A DNA stretch of 64,000 nt from Dicyema japonicum (GCA_011109175.1 RDEW01000029.1:530158-594157), one strand, 5' to 3'; counted from the stretch's first letter, positions 23,864 through 38,099 are shown. The notes: generated from the sequence alone by a model not told the origin. Numbers and translations: made by a program.

Positions 23864-25606
23864 TCATATTTTTGGACCAACTTGTACTTTAGGGGACACG
23901 AAAAGTTGGGTAATAACATCTACCATATTTGGGTAAACAGCTTCCCTCTAAAAGTAGAAAATACGACTAAACCTCAAACTCAGTCAACAACAACTTTTTC
24001 ACGACTTTACACAACACATCATTTATGCTTATCTCACCGACTTTGGGCTTCACCGCCAAATACAGTTTTGGACTCGTCTTGAACCCAAACCACAGTCTGT
24101 CTGTAGGCGGGTTGGGGAGATTCATAGTCATCGTCCCTTCCAATCCAGTCACTTCCACATCCAAGATTAGTGGAGTGTTGGCGATATTCTCCATCGAGTT
24201 TTTCACTAACCGAATTTCCAAAGCACGTTTGAAATATGAGGACGATCTTACCTTTTTCAAAATACGTGAGGATCTCTTATCAGTGGGATATTCTGCATCA
24301 TCATAATTAGAGGAGCCTTCCTCCATCAATTTAAACAGATTGACACGTGTCTGCAACTGAATGCGGAATCCGCCACCATAAAACAGGTCAAAATCCAGCC
24401 ACAATCCCATTCCGTCGAACTGGGGTTTGTGAAGTTTCATAATCTCGGGAAAATTGGTCCCAATCTCCACAGATTTAACGTCAATCCCATCAATTATTGA
24501 CGGGAGGTCCATATTTTTGAATTTGTGTTCAATTTTTCTGCAGAAATTTTCCCTCCAAAAGTTGGAAGTACAAATATGGTAAAACATTCTTCTAGTGAAC
24601 ATATTCAGCCAGTCCGCGGCTGTGTCCATCAGAGAAGGAGTAGATCCCATGAAAGCCATAAAGTCAGCTATTCTCTGAGCGGCTTCTCTTTCATCTGGCA
24701 CGTGGTCACTCTCGTAGTAAGGAAGTCCACCTTGAACGGTCTTTTCCAACAAAATACTGTTGATTGACTGGATGGATGGAAAAATGGAGGACCCAGCTGA
24801 AGTAGCCGAGGAAAGTCTTCGATACCATACTTCCTTTGATCTCTGAGAAGAGAAGAACAGGTAGAAGATCGGTCCTGGACTTGTATCAACGCAGACTGGG
24901 TGTTTCTTAGACCAGAACTTCCTCTCGTTAAGGTTAGATGGTAGAAGGTAAATTGAAGCGTCCGTTATGGATATTTTCCGCCGTTGAATAAATTCCGCGG
25001 TCCTGATGTCGGTTTTGACGTTTCGGGGGTCGATGTTAAGTCGAGGATATGAAATCACCATCAATTCGTCACAAAATTCAGTAAACACGGCAGTCCTTGA
25101 AGTGTTCTCGTTCGTCTGTAAGGTCATCCACTCTTGCAATGGGGGACACTGAGTCATGGATGAGTTTGCGATGGAAGGTTGTGTCTGAATTGAGTTCCTT
25201 TTCTCTAGCTTTTCGTTGAAATAAGCTTCCTCGATATTGTCCACAATCACTTCGGCAGCAAAAGAGAGAATCAGCAGTCCAAGGAAGAAAGTGAAGGCTG
25301 TTCCAATAAAAACCCACAGAAGAAATGAGGAAGTGGCAAAATGAAGAGAAACATCATCGCAACCACGAGGTATAAATATACTGTAGAGATATTGTAGCTT
25401 CCATCAGGAATGGGGTCAGTTGGCTGCGGGATGTTGTCCAGAGGTAGAGTATGGTCGACCAATGGGAGATTCCACGAGACGGACTCATCTGGCGAGTAGT
25501 GAACGCTCCCAACAAAGTCCGTCCTAATTAAAGCGTGTTGGATACGACGGGGGAGAACGTTGTAAAGTGAGGAGGAAAAATACTTCAAATATGAATATTT
25601 GTACAT
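23864..25606 (-). CDS. TEX2: TEX2-like SMP-domain lipid-transfer protein; one 25-nt intron, one homopolymer frameshift
   Basis: TM segment, PH-like IYLLP..RKFWSKKHPVC..KEVWYRRL, SMP WLNMFTRRMF..LDVEVTGLEGTMTMNLPNPPTDRLWFGF..P; intron 23948-23972 gives VYPNM; frameshift at A5 25308-25312. Confidence 0.88.
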
Positions 25607-26411
25607 TTATTTAGCAGCAGAGATAAATAAAATCGTAAATTGACCACAACATAATTGATTTTAATAATAAATTTATATATTTATTATTATTTTTAAATGT
25701 TCCATTTTTTATTCGAAAAGAAATTATGAACTTTTAATTTGAACTTTTTGAGTGGGGGTGCTTTGTAAAAATTTTGTTAGTAAATTGTTTGTATACTTTT
25801 ATTTCTGGTGAATTTATTCTTGAACCGTTAGTCACTAATTACTCGAATACATTCGAACGCAATGTGTTGCCAATAATAATCACTTTTTTTACAGAAAATA
25901 GAACATTCTGGAACGATCTTTCAAAGTCATATACTAGTAATTAATGCTAAGTAGATTGATCCCTTTTACAACTTTTATAGAAATGCAGTCTCAATCGACC
26001 ACCTCTTTTTTTATCCCTCCCTTTTTTCTATCAACGAAGCGATTTGGGTCCTATGATCATGAGGTTTCGGTTGCTTGGCTTGAAGACGAATTATCCTTCA
26101 ACCCGTATTGTAGGTATCCTAACGATTGGAATTTACCTTCATCTCTAAATTGTTATCAGAATTGACGGTCGATTTTTGACATTGATAGCGTAATAATGTT
26201 TGATAAGAGATGTTATTGACCTGAAACATACGAAATCACTTATTTTAATGGATGATCCAATATTGCCTTCGAGAGTTGATACCTTTTTCTTATTCCACTA
26301 CTAAAGAAGTAAATCATAAGCAAAGTCAGATTCCTTAATGGTTATCGATACCTATGAAAGTAAGAGCGTTTTGCTAAAATCAATCTCTGATGAGTTAACC
26401 ACTACGACCAA

Positions 26412-28720
26412 TTATTATTATTAAGCACAGCGCAAAACAAAGTTAGTAAAGTTATCTGTGCCACCATCTCCTGGATGAGTTTTGTTAATCGCTTCCAGTT
26501 CCCTCTGTTCCTCGATAGGTCCCTCAAGATCATCTCCCACTTTCTATTTCAGGCGTTGTGAGTGCCAGGTAGAAGATTTGTACAGTAAAACCGGTTTTAC
26601 GAACATATTGTATAATTTGATTTTTAAAGAGGCAGAAATTTGTTTACCTCGTAACGATACGTTCTTTAGTATTTTAAGAGCGAAAGCTGCTAGTGATTTC
26701 TTCGTAGTATGTCTTCTGTATCTCCTAAAAGAGTGCAAAGATTCTTCGTATGCCTCCATTTTTCCCCGTGTCGTTGTTCGTATTGCCTTACTATAGTATA
26801 TTCTGTTTTCTCGGTGTTAATTTTTAGAAATGATTTTTCAAATTTTTTGGCCAATTTGTCGATAATACCTTCTAATTGGTGGTCTGTCGCCGTAAGATCT
26901 ATGTCATCTGCGAAGATGACTTCCGTTATATGTCTGGGGATATTATCTCTGGCCTCTCGTAGGGTAGCCTCCAGATATGTGATGAATAAAACCGGGAATA
27001 GGGCCTCTCCTTGGGGGTGCCCTTGATTGTTCCGAATACTCTAGATTTCTGATTTCCGAGCTGGATGAATAGTTGAATGAAGGAGAGTAGATAACGAATT
27101 ATTCTGATGCAATCTTCCTCGAGTAGTGGTGTTAATATTTGTGTCATCTGGACTGCTGAGTGACTCAAATGCCTTAAAAAGGTAGATTCCCATTATGTGG
27201 TACTCCTCTTTATATTTTTGGCATGAAGCACACATCCATTTGTGGCTCCAAACGGCATCGGAAGTTGATCTTCCAGAGACAAACCCATTTTTGCTAGCTC
27301 CGATAAATCCACGTAGTGGGGCTTTTATTCTGTCCAGAGCGATTAGCGATAGAAATTTGCGCAGTGAGTGAGTTGAGTGTATGATTGGTCTTAAGCTGTT
27401 TAGCTTTCCTTTTTCCTTCCCCGTTTTATGTAAGGAGATTAATTTTCCGATTCCAATGTTAATTCTGGAGTGTTCCTCAAATGTGAGTAATGAGTTTTTG
27501 AAACTCTCCAGAAGCGTATTTTATGAGCTCTGCGTTAACATTATCTGGGTCTGGAGCTTTTGAGTTGTTTAGTCTGGTCACAGATTTTTTAACTTCAGTT
27601 AAAGTTATTTCTGGTGATAGCTCTCTGGAGAATCTATCAAACGGATAAAGAGTTTCTTCGTTTTCAAAATTGAAATATTTTTCGAAGTAATCAGCTATGA
27701 TGTCTGTGAGTTCCTGGTTGTTGTAAATGGTTCTTCCGAGTTCATCATGAACTGTTAGATTTTCAGATTTTTTCTTTCTGGCTAGCATCTTTACAGATGC
27801 ATACATTTGCGCTTGTGTTTGTACTTTCCTACTTCATTTTCAAGGTTTTGTAGCTCCGTTTCGTGGTTTATCTGATATTTTTCTTGATTTCTCGCATAAT
27901 TTTGTTTCTTTGGATTTTAACTCAGTTGCTTTCACTTGGTTGCTGGTGTTCATGCATTTGATAAAGAGATTCTTTTGTAAATACGAGAGGTGATCTATAT
28001 GTGGGTCGTGTAATTTTTTGAAGGTTTTGGAAATTGTCCCAATCGTGTGATTAGCCACTGATTTTATTTTTTACGAGTTTATTCCATAAACTTCCAGCAG
28101 GTAGATTGAGATTGATCGGTTCTATGGTTTGTGATATTTTAGCTGAATAGTTATTTCTGTGGACAGGATTGTTTCTTAAGAGTTCGACTGCGTATCTAAC
28201 TTCTCTGTGTCTGTTTTTGACTCTGTTAATCCAAAATCTTCTCTTTAGGAGAAGTTTTGATTACCAATAGTTTATGGTCACTCGATGTTGGCGTTCCTCC
28301 ATATGTTCGGGCATTTGAGAGTAGGGCTTTCTGTGATTGTCGACACAGAATGTAGTCAATTTGGTTATATATTTTGATTACATGTCCATCTGAGTCTCGG
28401 CGTTCTCCAGTCCAGGTCGTGATATGCCTTGCAGCGTGCTGGAATGCTGTGTTGCAATGAATAAATTGTGGCCATCGTTGCTCCAGACATGTTCTCCGAC
28501 CTCTCGCATGGGTACCCATGAAGCTCAGTTCTCGTGCCTTTTTTTCGACCTTCGCGTTCCAATCTCCACTTATGTAAAGTAGATATTTCCATAAGGGTTA
28601 AGACTAATGCTCTAGTAAATAGTAAACTCATTCGACATATTCAAAGGTATCACTGGACACATCCTATTGGCCCGTATCTATGTCGGGTACCAGCCTCAAA
28701 ATGTGATTTGGTATCCATGT
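26412..28720 (-). mobile_element. RTE-like LINE, near full-length and decayed (APE plus RT), with (TAA)n tail
   Basis: NQIDYILCR..ARTY..SSDHKL, LNNSKAPDPDNV, QKWVCL, GTPQG, FADD, KLYNMFVKPVLLY; tail ATTATTATTATT at ~26412. Confidence 0.88.
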
Positions 28721-29379
28721 CATTTATACTTTAATACTTTATACTTTTTGAAAGTAAATTTTCGACCTCTTCTAACAAGGATTAACTCAGTGGTGCTCTG
28801 GAAACTCAACTTAGAAAAATAATTGCTTGGTAATTTTTATAATTAAAAGTTTTCTGATTGACCGACATCATTAATAAGTTGGGAATCGACTTTCCCCAAG
28901 GTATATACAGTCAGCGTGCTATCATCTTTTTTATTCAATATAAATAGGCAATTGACAAAAAATATTTAAAAGCCATTTATCTTCCACCATAGTCACTGTA
29001 ACCCAAGAAACACCCCTATAATTAGTCAGTTATCACGGTCACACAGAGTAAGAGAACCCAATCATAATTGTGAGACACTCCCATAGTTCCTCAAAGAAAA
29101 GAGTCCCCCCGATATAGAGAAAAAACTTCCTTTAATAGTAATATTGGTGGACAGAAAGCCACCTTACTCGCGAAGAAAACTACCTACATTATCAGCCAGC
29201 AGAACCAATCTATCTCCTTTACAAGCAATTACTAAATAGATGACTTGGTAGTGACAACGGGCGATATTTGTTTGAGAAGAATTACCGAAATTAGTGTTAA
29301 TTTAAATATTTTTTATTTTAATAAAACCAGGTCAATAAATAGATATAAATTTAAATAAATATTAGACAACTGGAGGATT

Positions 29380-29700
29380 GGGGGCATAGTGGTTAGGTGT
29401 CGGGCTAAAGTGACTTAGGTTAAGGTTCGATTCGCGCTGCTGTTCACCTGGTTGATGGTTCTACGCATCTATGATGCTAAAAGGGTTTGACGAGTGACGC
29501 CGTCATCAGTGGATACTCACTGCGGAACTGGATTGTCTAGAAAGGACCCACACACAAGAAAAAGAAAAAAAAAAATGAAGATCATTCCTTGGTTCTACGA
29601 TTAGTTAAAATTAACTGTTCTTTACCTAAATAAAGTGTGTGTCCTGCCTATGCGGAGCTATAAATATTATGGCTCTAGTGAAAAGGCTGTTTATTATTAT
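29380..29700 (+). mobile_element. tRNA-derived SINE family A, full-length copy with TSD
   Basis: A-box TAGTGGTTAGG 29387-29397, B-box GGTTCGATTC 29424-29433, (TTA)n tail, 12-bp TSD AACTGGAGGATT 29368-29379 / AACTTGAGGATT 29701-29712. Confidence 0.9.
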
Positions 29701-30136
29701 AACTTGAGGATTAAGCGAAAATGGCTTCATTTTCTTCAAAAGTTTGGACATCTGGATACTTATATGAGTCCCAGTAACTTTTTTATTTGATATTCGTTGT
29801 CATTCTTCAATTATTCCGAGGGCGACCATTAGATTAATTATCATTGATTCATCATTCTTTTCCCAATTTTCCCATTTGATACAACGCCCACGTGGGATAC
29901 AAGTGGCACTCGTCCTCCATATAAGGATCTCGTAAGTGGTTTCCAGTACCATAACCAGGCAATTCAATAAATAAATTAGGTGACTCTTGATTGATGCCAA
30001 GTTTTTCGATGTTAGTTCTCGCTAATTTTGTCCCCCAGGCGGGACAACCATAGCTGAATTATTTAAAACTTTTGTGTTTGTTTTTTAATTTAAAAAATAT
30101 TAATTCAAAACTTAAATATATGTTAATATATGTGAG

Positions 30137-33100
30137 ATGATCTATTTTTTGATAATATTGATTGTGATAATCATATACATAAGGTATTGCCCTCAATAAG
30201 CCCTCAGATGGATTATATATATTATTTGCAAGATGAAATGGAACATCTCTCTTACTATTGGGAACTTTGGGTGCTTTTACATGGACAATCTCAAAATAGA
30301 GACTTCGTCGTCCACAATAGTTTGATATATTCTCATTTTGAGGTTGTTGAAAAGATCAGTTTTGACAGATCGCCTGTGATTTTATGGTATTTTACTGCTG
30401 ATTCTAGTTTCACCAATGTTCTGGTAAATTCACGGTTTGAGGACTCCGATTATTCGCGGAATTCCATGGAGCTTCCAAAACTAACTCTTCTCGGGTGGAT
30501 CTTGAAGGTTTTTATGATTCAAAAATGCAGATTTTTGACTTTGATGTGAATTCCGTTATAATTTCCGCGGAATCGAAGGAATTTTCATACCTCGTAGGAA
30601 TCAAGGAGATTAGTTGGACTGATAATAAGTAAGTATTCAATTCACACAAGAAAAACCATAAAGAAAGTGTTCGTCAAATCCGCCTATAAAACCGACGACT
30701 TTGTGTGCGCTGTTTTTTCAGTTTTTATAAGCAACGGCCAACAATTGGTAAACATTTTCCACATTTTAGACCCTCCAATTCCACCATCCCTCCATCTATG
30801 TTGACTATTTCGTTATTCTCAGTCTCCTTTCAACGAGAGACAACAAGAGTAAATAAAATTTAAATTTTAAGCGCGAAAAAATGGGTCAAGTTTTAAAGTA
30901 CAGTCCTTGTTGGCACTTTGTTTACCATTGGGTGTTAAATTTACGGATTTGAGCTGCAATTTGTACGACAGCTCCAACACGGGCGATCTCCTCGAACCCA
31001 TGTGGTCTTACTTTCAGGGATCTATCTCCCATTTTAGGGGCAATTTGGCGGAATTTGGAATGGAGATTTATGATCACAATCAAACGTAAGTTGAGAGGTT
31101 CACGGTTAGTAAGTACGTTACCTGTTCTCTTAACACTGTGACTCTCTCTGGGAAGAAAAACATGGACTTTGTGGATTTCAAGCTCTCCTCTTTGACCTCA
31201 ATTTTCCAAACTGGCACAGTGAATCCATTTTTCACGAAAATAATCGAAATTGACTCGGAAAAAATATTTGTAGAATTTTCCGACGGTTTCCTGCTCTCAG
31301 TTCTCCGTGAATTCAAATCACGTGCGCCTGACCACAAAGAGGTCTTGCCTATGCGCCTTATGAAATCATCTTTTGATTCTTTTTCCGTATTTAGCCCACT
31401 CAGTCATCAGTACATGCTTGTAATGATGTTTTTTATGCAAGGGGGTTCAGATCTGTCTTCGAATGGGTGTGATCAGGTTGATTAATGGATCTCCCGCTCA
31501 TTCTGACAGGTTAAGTCTCTAATGACGTAGACGTGACGTCATAGTGAGCGTATTTACATCAAAGCTGGTGAAGTCCTCATCGTTTAGTAAAACTTTCACG
31601 GACTTCGAAATTGGCAGTATTTTCCCCAATTTGACCTTTAGATTTGTCCTTGACTTTGGGGGAAACTGATATCTTGTCGGTGGTAAACTGCCAGCTCAAA
31701 TCCTCGGTTCATCCTTTTTATTTTAGTCCCAGGCATCCGAGAACGTTACTTTCGACTATGTGTTTGTAATGGAAGAAATGTGTAGCTATTGTTCTACCAA
31801 CTTTGTCCCCACGTGGGTTATGGAAGCCGTCAAAAAGGCCGTGATAACCCTGAAATCAAAAAGATCTGATGGAGATTTAAATCTTCCCTTGGATGATGTA
31901 AAGAAGAGAAATTTCAACTTTCAATTCAAAAAAGTCTCCATAAAATACGAGGACTACTCTTCTGAGGGACTCTTCCTTGATCTGATAAACTTCAAAGCAG
32001 AATTAAAACGGTCTCACGTTGTCGGTTTGCTTTGTTCTTATCTAAGACTTCAATGTTACACTTGATTTATTATCACTCCAAATGCCCTATTCATTCACTG
32101 AAGTGCATCATCTTCCTAATGAGGAGCATCACTGGGGATCAATAATTCACGCCAAAACTATATCTGTATTGCTTGGGGCCTGATCTTAGTTGTCTTCTGC
32201 CGATAAGTTTGTTCTGTCTGTCAATTCACTTCACTTTGAGGTCTCCTCCGAGTTCACAAAACTCCTTAGTCAAGCTCTCGCTGACTATGAGGGCTTATTC
32301 TCTGCCAAAGTCGATGAATCCCCCTCAGAGGCCAGTGTTTCTCTCTTCCCATCGTCTTATAGGATAAAGATTGGCTCCGTGTTGGTCTCCCTGAGTGTGT
32401 CTAGAAAAGGTTGACATGTTTCTAACTCTAGTGGCTTTGGCTCTGCATTTTACGTTGAAACTGAAAGTTTCCATGAAGGAGACGCTCACTGGCATTGTTG
32501 ACGTACTCTCCCCTATAATAGTCCACGTGGATGATCTGAGAGAAGATCTGAGGATTGGTGGAATGAAGGATCTTTCCATTTGTGGGGAAACTGAAGTCAT
32601 AACTGTTTTGATAAACTCAAATTACTCCTTGAATGTATCCATATCAAATGACCCTAGAATTTCTCAGTCATCCTTCAGGATTCTGTGACAGTAACGTGGA
32701 GTCACTCAGCCCACATGTGCGTCTGCTTCGTCCTGGCTGAACTCTTCAAGGTCGCCACGAAGTTCAGACGACCTAATAGTTAGTTTTACGGTGATTGAAG
32801 GACCAAATGCTATCCCGAACTCTCTCAAAGTATCCTTCTCAAAGAGTTTGAAGTTGATAATGAACCTCCGTTGTGGTTTTGTGAAGATCCCTTAGATAAC
32901 CATAAGGTTGAGTTTGAGACCGTGGATGTGAACTTGAAAGCTTCAAAGGACGAGTTTACTTTGATTTTCCACAATGTCCTTACAGTCTCCTTTGATTCGA
33001 ACAGAATCTTTACTATAAATGTTTGTGGGGGTTGTTTATGAAAGGGTTGCAAGGTAACAAAGTCAGACGGGGGAGAAAGCATTGCCGCCCGCAAAAATGT

Positions 33101-36100
33101 GGAGAAAATCAAACTCCCACAAAACTGTTTACTGTTAGATAGCCTGTGATAGCTTAGTGACTTCAAGTTTCAGTCGTTCGACGTGTTCTTCCCTTATAAT
33201 TACAACTTTGATGCCTGCTTTGTAGAGGTGACTGATATATTGACTTTCAGTTGAAAGATTCTATAAAAATAATAAAGAAGGTCCACCATAAGTATTTTCA
33301 AATGCACGAAAAAGCGCCTAAACTGATGAGTGATTTGTTCATATCAATCAAAGTTTGTTCGGTTGTGATTACTAGACACTTTCCGTGGTCTTCGAGGATG
33401 ACCCCTTTGAGAGCAGGATTTTGAGCAACTTTAGAGTAGTTTTGGGTGGTCACTTTAGCTCCTTAGCGATGAATATGTTGAAAAACTGCAAAGGTCAGCC
33501 ATTCTGGACCAAAGACTGCAGGAAATTGGCGCCGATTTTTCAGGTTTTATATGGTGGGCATTAAAGAGGTGAAATTGGAAGAGCTTTACTACGCGGTGGA
33601 ACAACGGAACTCCTCGGCCTACATAAACAGAATGGGGATTCACAGGAAGCACAAGGAAGGCCAAATCAATATGCTATGCAAGCTGAAAATGGAAAACTTG
33701 GAAATCAACGCTTTTTCCGACTCTTCTGTGTTCGGGGTTGAGAAGATCCTCGACTTTATGAAGCTGGTTGAACCAAAATGGTGGAAGGTGGATCTTTATT
33801 GTAGCTTTGACAATTCTGTGGTGTTCGAGGACCTGGAATACACCACGCTGTTCTGTCGTTATGTGATCTTCAAGTTTGCGAATATTCGGATAGACCTTCG
33901 GGACTATTCGGTCCCTTTGATGATATGGAGGAACTGCGTCTTCCAGGGGACCTTGGCTGGCTCGGAATTATTGGGGATAAGACTAGTTTCACGGATTTTG
34001 ATGTTCCGTAGACCAGGAAATTAAGTTTGTGAACCTCGGGAGAGCCTTCAAGGACCTTAAGCTGAGGAAAACCCTGTGTCCGTTGAAGTTTTTTTACGAT
34101 CTCTCTTGCAGTGATAGTTGGGTCACAACCTTAGAATCCGAGGAACTGAGGGTGGCCTACGGACCAAGCATTGATCCCTCCTTGACTCACCTGTCCCAAT
34201 GTTTTTCCTTCATCGTCTCTCCTAGGAGTGACTGCAGCACTAAGTTGAGCTGGTTCGACAACTTCCGGTACATTCTTCACGGAAATCTTACTGCCTCTCT
34301 CAAGTTCTCATTCATGTACCGTCTGACCAATGATCCCTTCAATTCCACAGAGTTTATGGAATGGTTTCTGGACCTCGTTGGTGTTCGACTTGACCTGTGG
34401 TTGGTGTTTTCACTTAATTTCCAGGAAAGTTTGTGTTTAACGGAGATTTGGAGATCAACTGTAAGACCGCCTCCAACTACGACGACTATCGACTTCTTCA
34501 CATCCCCCAGGCTGTGTTTGAGTTAGTTTATTTGGGGACCTTAGGTTCTCCTTCGATTGGATTTGTCCAGGAGACCCATACCGTCATTTACTAGTACTCC
34601 CGATAGACCCAAATTCCGTGAGAAGCCCCGCTGTAAGTTTTCCGTGATATTCCACAGTCCCACGACACATTTAAGACGTTTCGGTCGAGTGGAGTAAACA
34701 TAGAGGCTAACATCACATCCAAAAATGAACAGTCCTGTCTTTTCAATCCCACATTGTCTCTCATCATATATTCTGGTTCCATGAACTGGATCTTTGATAT
34801 CATCGTAGGCTTGGAGTTTTACCGTAGAATACCATTCAGCAGTTGACCCGACCGATTCGACTCGGTCCATTGTTCAATGTGAAATATGACAAAAGAGTGC
34901 AGTTATCGCGGCATTTTCGGTTCATTTTTCTATTGTTATTGAAAGTGAGTTCAAAATATCTCTTAATTTGGACTCCTTTATAATTCAGTACTGGATGAGT
35001 GGAGAGATGGTGGAGGGAGTTCAGCTCAACGGTGGATCCCTCGATTTGGTGATTGAACTTAAACTCAGTCTCGTAAAGGAGGAGAGCTACCTGAAAAAGC
35101 GCTCAAAAGCCACCTGGAGCATCAACTCTTTTCATTTGCATCAGGAACGAGTTAACCTCCACTTGTATGGGGGTAAAACTGATGAGGTATTTTGCCTTCC
35201 TCAAAGCAGGTCTTCTGTGGCTCGGACTCCAAGAAGAGCTTTTTGATGAAGTTCAACTCGTAGTCCATTGGCTAATCTTAGACTGAACTACTATCGGAGA
35301 CCGACTGACAGCTCTCTATTGACCCCATCTTTGTCAATTGAGACGGAGCCGAACTACCAGGCATGTTTTCTGAATTACTCAAGCACGTGCACAACGTGAA
35401 GATCTCTGACACTGTTGTGTTGTGGAATGACGAGAACAAGAACGTGGTCTATGAGCTGATCAACCACTATGAGCGGGGGATAATGCTGTGCAGGAATTTG
35501 TTGTCAGGGATTATTTCGACAATTGAGGGCGTCTCTGATGTTTTGACTTTCTTATTACAGAAGACCAAGACTCAGACGGAAAACCGGGTCACCGTGACAA
35601 CGGATAACCTTGAGTATGACCAGAACGATCTCCTCAAGAAGTTGGTGGCTGATGTGGAGAACAAATTCTACGTTTATGGTGATGAGTGTTCCGTAAATCT
35701 TCGGTTTTACCTGCTTAGGACCAACAATCCCTGGTGGACGACCTATCAGGACCCCGATCCTGCGGGAAGGAAGACATTGTTTGCAGGAAGTTGATCGGTT
35801 GTCTTTTGGTTGACTCTTAGTGGAATTCCATAACGTTCAGTTGCGGTTAGGAGCGGTGCTGAACTCTGGGTTTATTGTGGCCATCGCCCAGAAGGCCCAG
35901 TTCTTCCAACGTGAGCACGGATTGGTGTGGAAGAACAATGCTCTACGTTCTAAGACGACTTTCATTGGCACAATTGACTCTATGCAGGTTTTTCTACCTT
36001 CTCACTATAGTACTTTGCTACCCTAGATGTCTCCGAGCTAATGACTCTTGATTCCGTGGATGTCTTTTACATGAACGACTCCTTCCTGTTGCAGGACGTT

Positions 36101-37857
36101 GAGGTTTTTTAAGTGATATGGTAGAACTGCTCTAATCTTCAGCGAATAATATCCCGGTGTAGGTGTGACATTTACTACTCCTCGTATTCTGACATTAAAG
36201 AATTCCCTTCGAACTGCCACAACGTGCATTTTTGGTTATATGAAGGTGAGTGAGGTCGACGACATACAAATGGGAGAAGAAAGCCTACAGACATTCACGA
36301 TCCTTCACCACGACCTTAACATTACCATTAATAAGGTAGTTTTTGGCCTCGTGGCAGTGGCAATACGGAATGATCATTGATATAGTCAACAATTTGTTCC
36401 TCTACTTTGACCCCAAGCGAAAAGTAAGCGGGAAATATAAACCAAAGCAATCAATGGACAGAATGCAGGAGATCAGACTCCAGATGAACCTCTATTCGCT
36501 CTCTAACCACCTCAACCTCATCTTTAAACTGAAGAACGAACTTCGGTATTTTTCTGGTTCACGTTCAGTCAGATTGCTATGGAGTGCCGGAAGATGGGGA
36601 GGGAGCATTACTTCATGGTGGGACAGAACGAAAATGACAGCAAATTGTTGTCTTCGGATTAATTGCAGACTCAAGGAAGCGATCGTGGACAAGCGAAGGG
36701 AGATGTATAACAAGAGCGAAGAGCTTAGCCACATGTTATGGTTTTCCGTGATTTTATTCGTAGTTGCTATAATGAACGCAAACACCACCTTCAAGTATCT
36801 TCGAACTCCCCCAACGGTGAGTCTCGTGTTTATTTCAGTGGGGGCTCTTTTTCAGTTGAGTGAGAGACTCCATTGTCTAGAGGTCTGTTTCAAGCACGCC
36901 ACGTGGGTTATGACTCACGACGACGGAGAACTGAACATTGCCAACGTCACAATCAGAGATTTTCTGTAATTCCGCGATTTTACCAAGGTACCGAAAATAC
37001 GGATGTTCTGACGACTCCAGCTCTTATCTGATGCATCTGGGGTGGTTTAAGGTCTCCGATCTGCAACCAAATTCTATATATAAGGTATATGTCGGCAAGA
37101 TCAAAGGATGTGCTGATCCCGACAAAGGACGCTACTTCTTCCTTCCGGGACCCCACCGTGAGGATATTCTGTCGAGTGGGGATACCCGTGGGTGGGATCT
37201 CGATGAAGGAGCACCTGGAGATCAATATTTCCCCCCTTTCCGCCAACATTACTTACGACTTTTACATTTCGATGATGAAGTTCTTCTTTGATGAGTCGTC
37301 GTCTCTCCGTTTGTCCGTTTTGAGAACCCTTAGCCGTCCGACGTCAGGTTAGCTTGTCCCCCCGGGGGAAACCACGGAGGGACGTGGAGAAGGACTTCGA
37401 CTCTGTGACATTCTACGTACAGAGGGAGGACGTGAGTATTATGAAGGTTTGGGAGGTGGTGATTGTTAGCACAGAGCGGCCTCGAATATGCAATTTGTCT
37501 ATGTTAAAATAACCGAATTCCATTGAAGGTCAGCTTTAAGGTATCTATCGGGGAATCACGGAATAGAGTGGGGATAAGAAATTTTTGGAGTTCAACAACA
37601 TATCAATAACGATTCCGACGTTGGAATACCACGACAGGATGTTCAGTTGGCTGGATCTGTTTTTATCAGTGAAGAATGATTACCAAAAGATGATAGTGAC
37701 CCATGTATTGTGTGAGTTTATGTAGGCTATTAAAAAACGGTTTAAATTTAAACGGAAGAAGAGTGATAAGAAGGAAATGGAAGAGAGTGAGAAGGCTCGT
37801 ATTTTGTTAGGAGTTGATACGGTTAAGAAAAAGAAAACATTTTTTGATAAGAAATAG
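30137..37857 (+). CDS. BLTP2: Bridge-like lipid transfer protein 2 (KIAA0100/hobbit/FMP27 family), many micro-introns, at least 2 homopolymer frameshifts
   Basis: N-terminal anchor MIYFLIILIVIIIYIRW..LTIGNFGCF; QYGMIIDIVNNLFLYFDPKRK; VRIFCRVGIPVGGISMKEHLEINISPL..MMKFFF; RAASNMQFVYVKI..IPTLEYHDRMFSWLDL..EKARILLG; introns e.g. 30184-30207, 30320-30342. Confidence 0.9.
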
Positions 37858-38099
37858 TATATAATGATATTTCATTTATTATGTGTGATTGTTGGTATTT
37901 TATTGTGATTTTGCTATTTTATGAGCAACATATTGTTGATTTGTGCTACAACATCATTGAATAGGGCAGGGTTTTTTTCTAGCTTTTTAACGTCAGGGCC
38001 AAATCGATGATTTACCGGTCTCTTCGGGGTCGCAAAAAAATTAATTCAAAAATTTAATTAATTTGTCATAACACTAAATAATGGAGGCATACGTAGATC

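Noticed and set aside
29380-29460. Functional tRNA gene
   Set aside because: A and B boxes are present but there is no complete cloverleaf; it continues into a repeated body with tail and TSD, so it is a SINE head
29750-30000. Gene upstream of and divergent from BLTP2 (IELPGYGTGNHLRDPY frame)
   Set aside because: Short, stop-bounded and without recognisable homology or clear splice structure; left unassigned
22550-33335. Hammerhead ribozymes at CTGATGAG motifs (~22551, ~26388, ~33323)
   Set aside because: No compatible stems or properly placed GAAA; two of the three lie within coding or gene-like sequence
32825-37249. Minus-strand ORFs over BLTP2, and similar antisense ORFs over TEX2 and the RTs
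   Set aside because: They are shadow frames of real coding sequence with no recognisable domains
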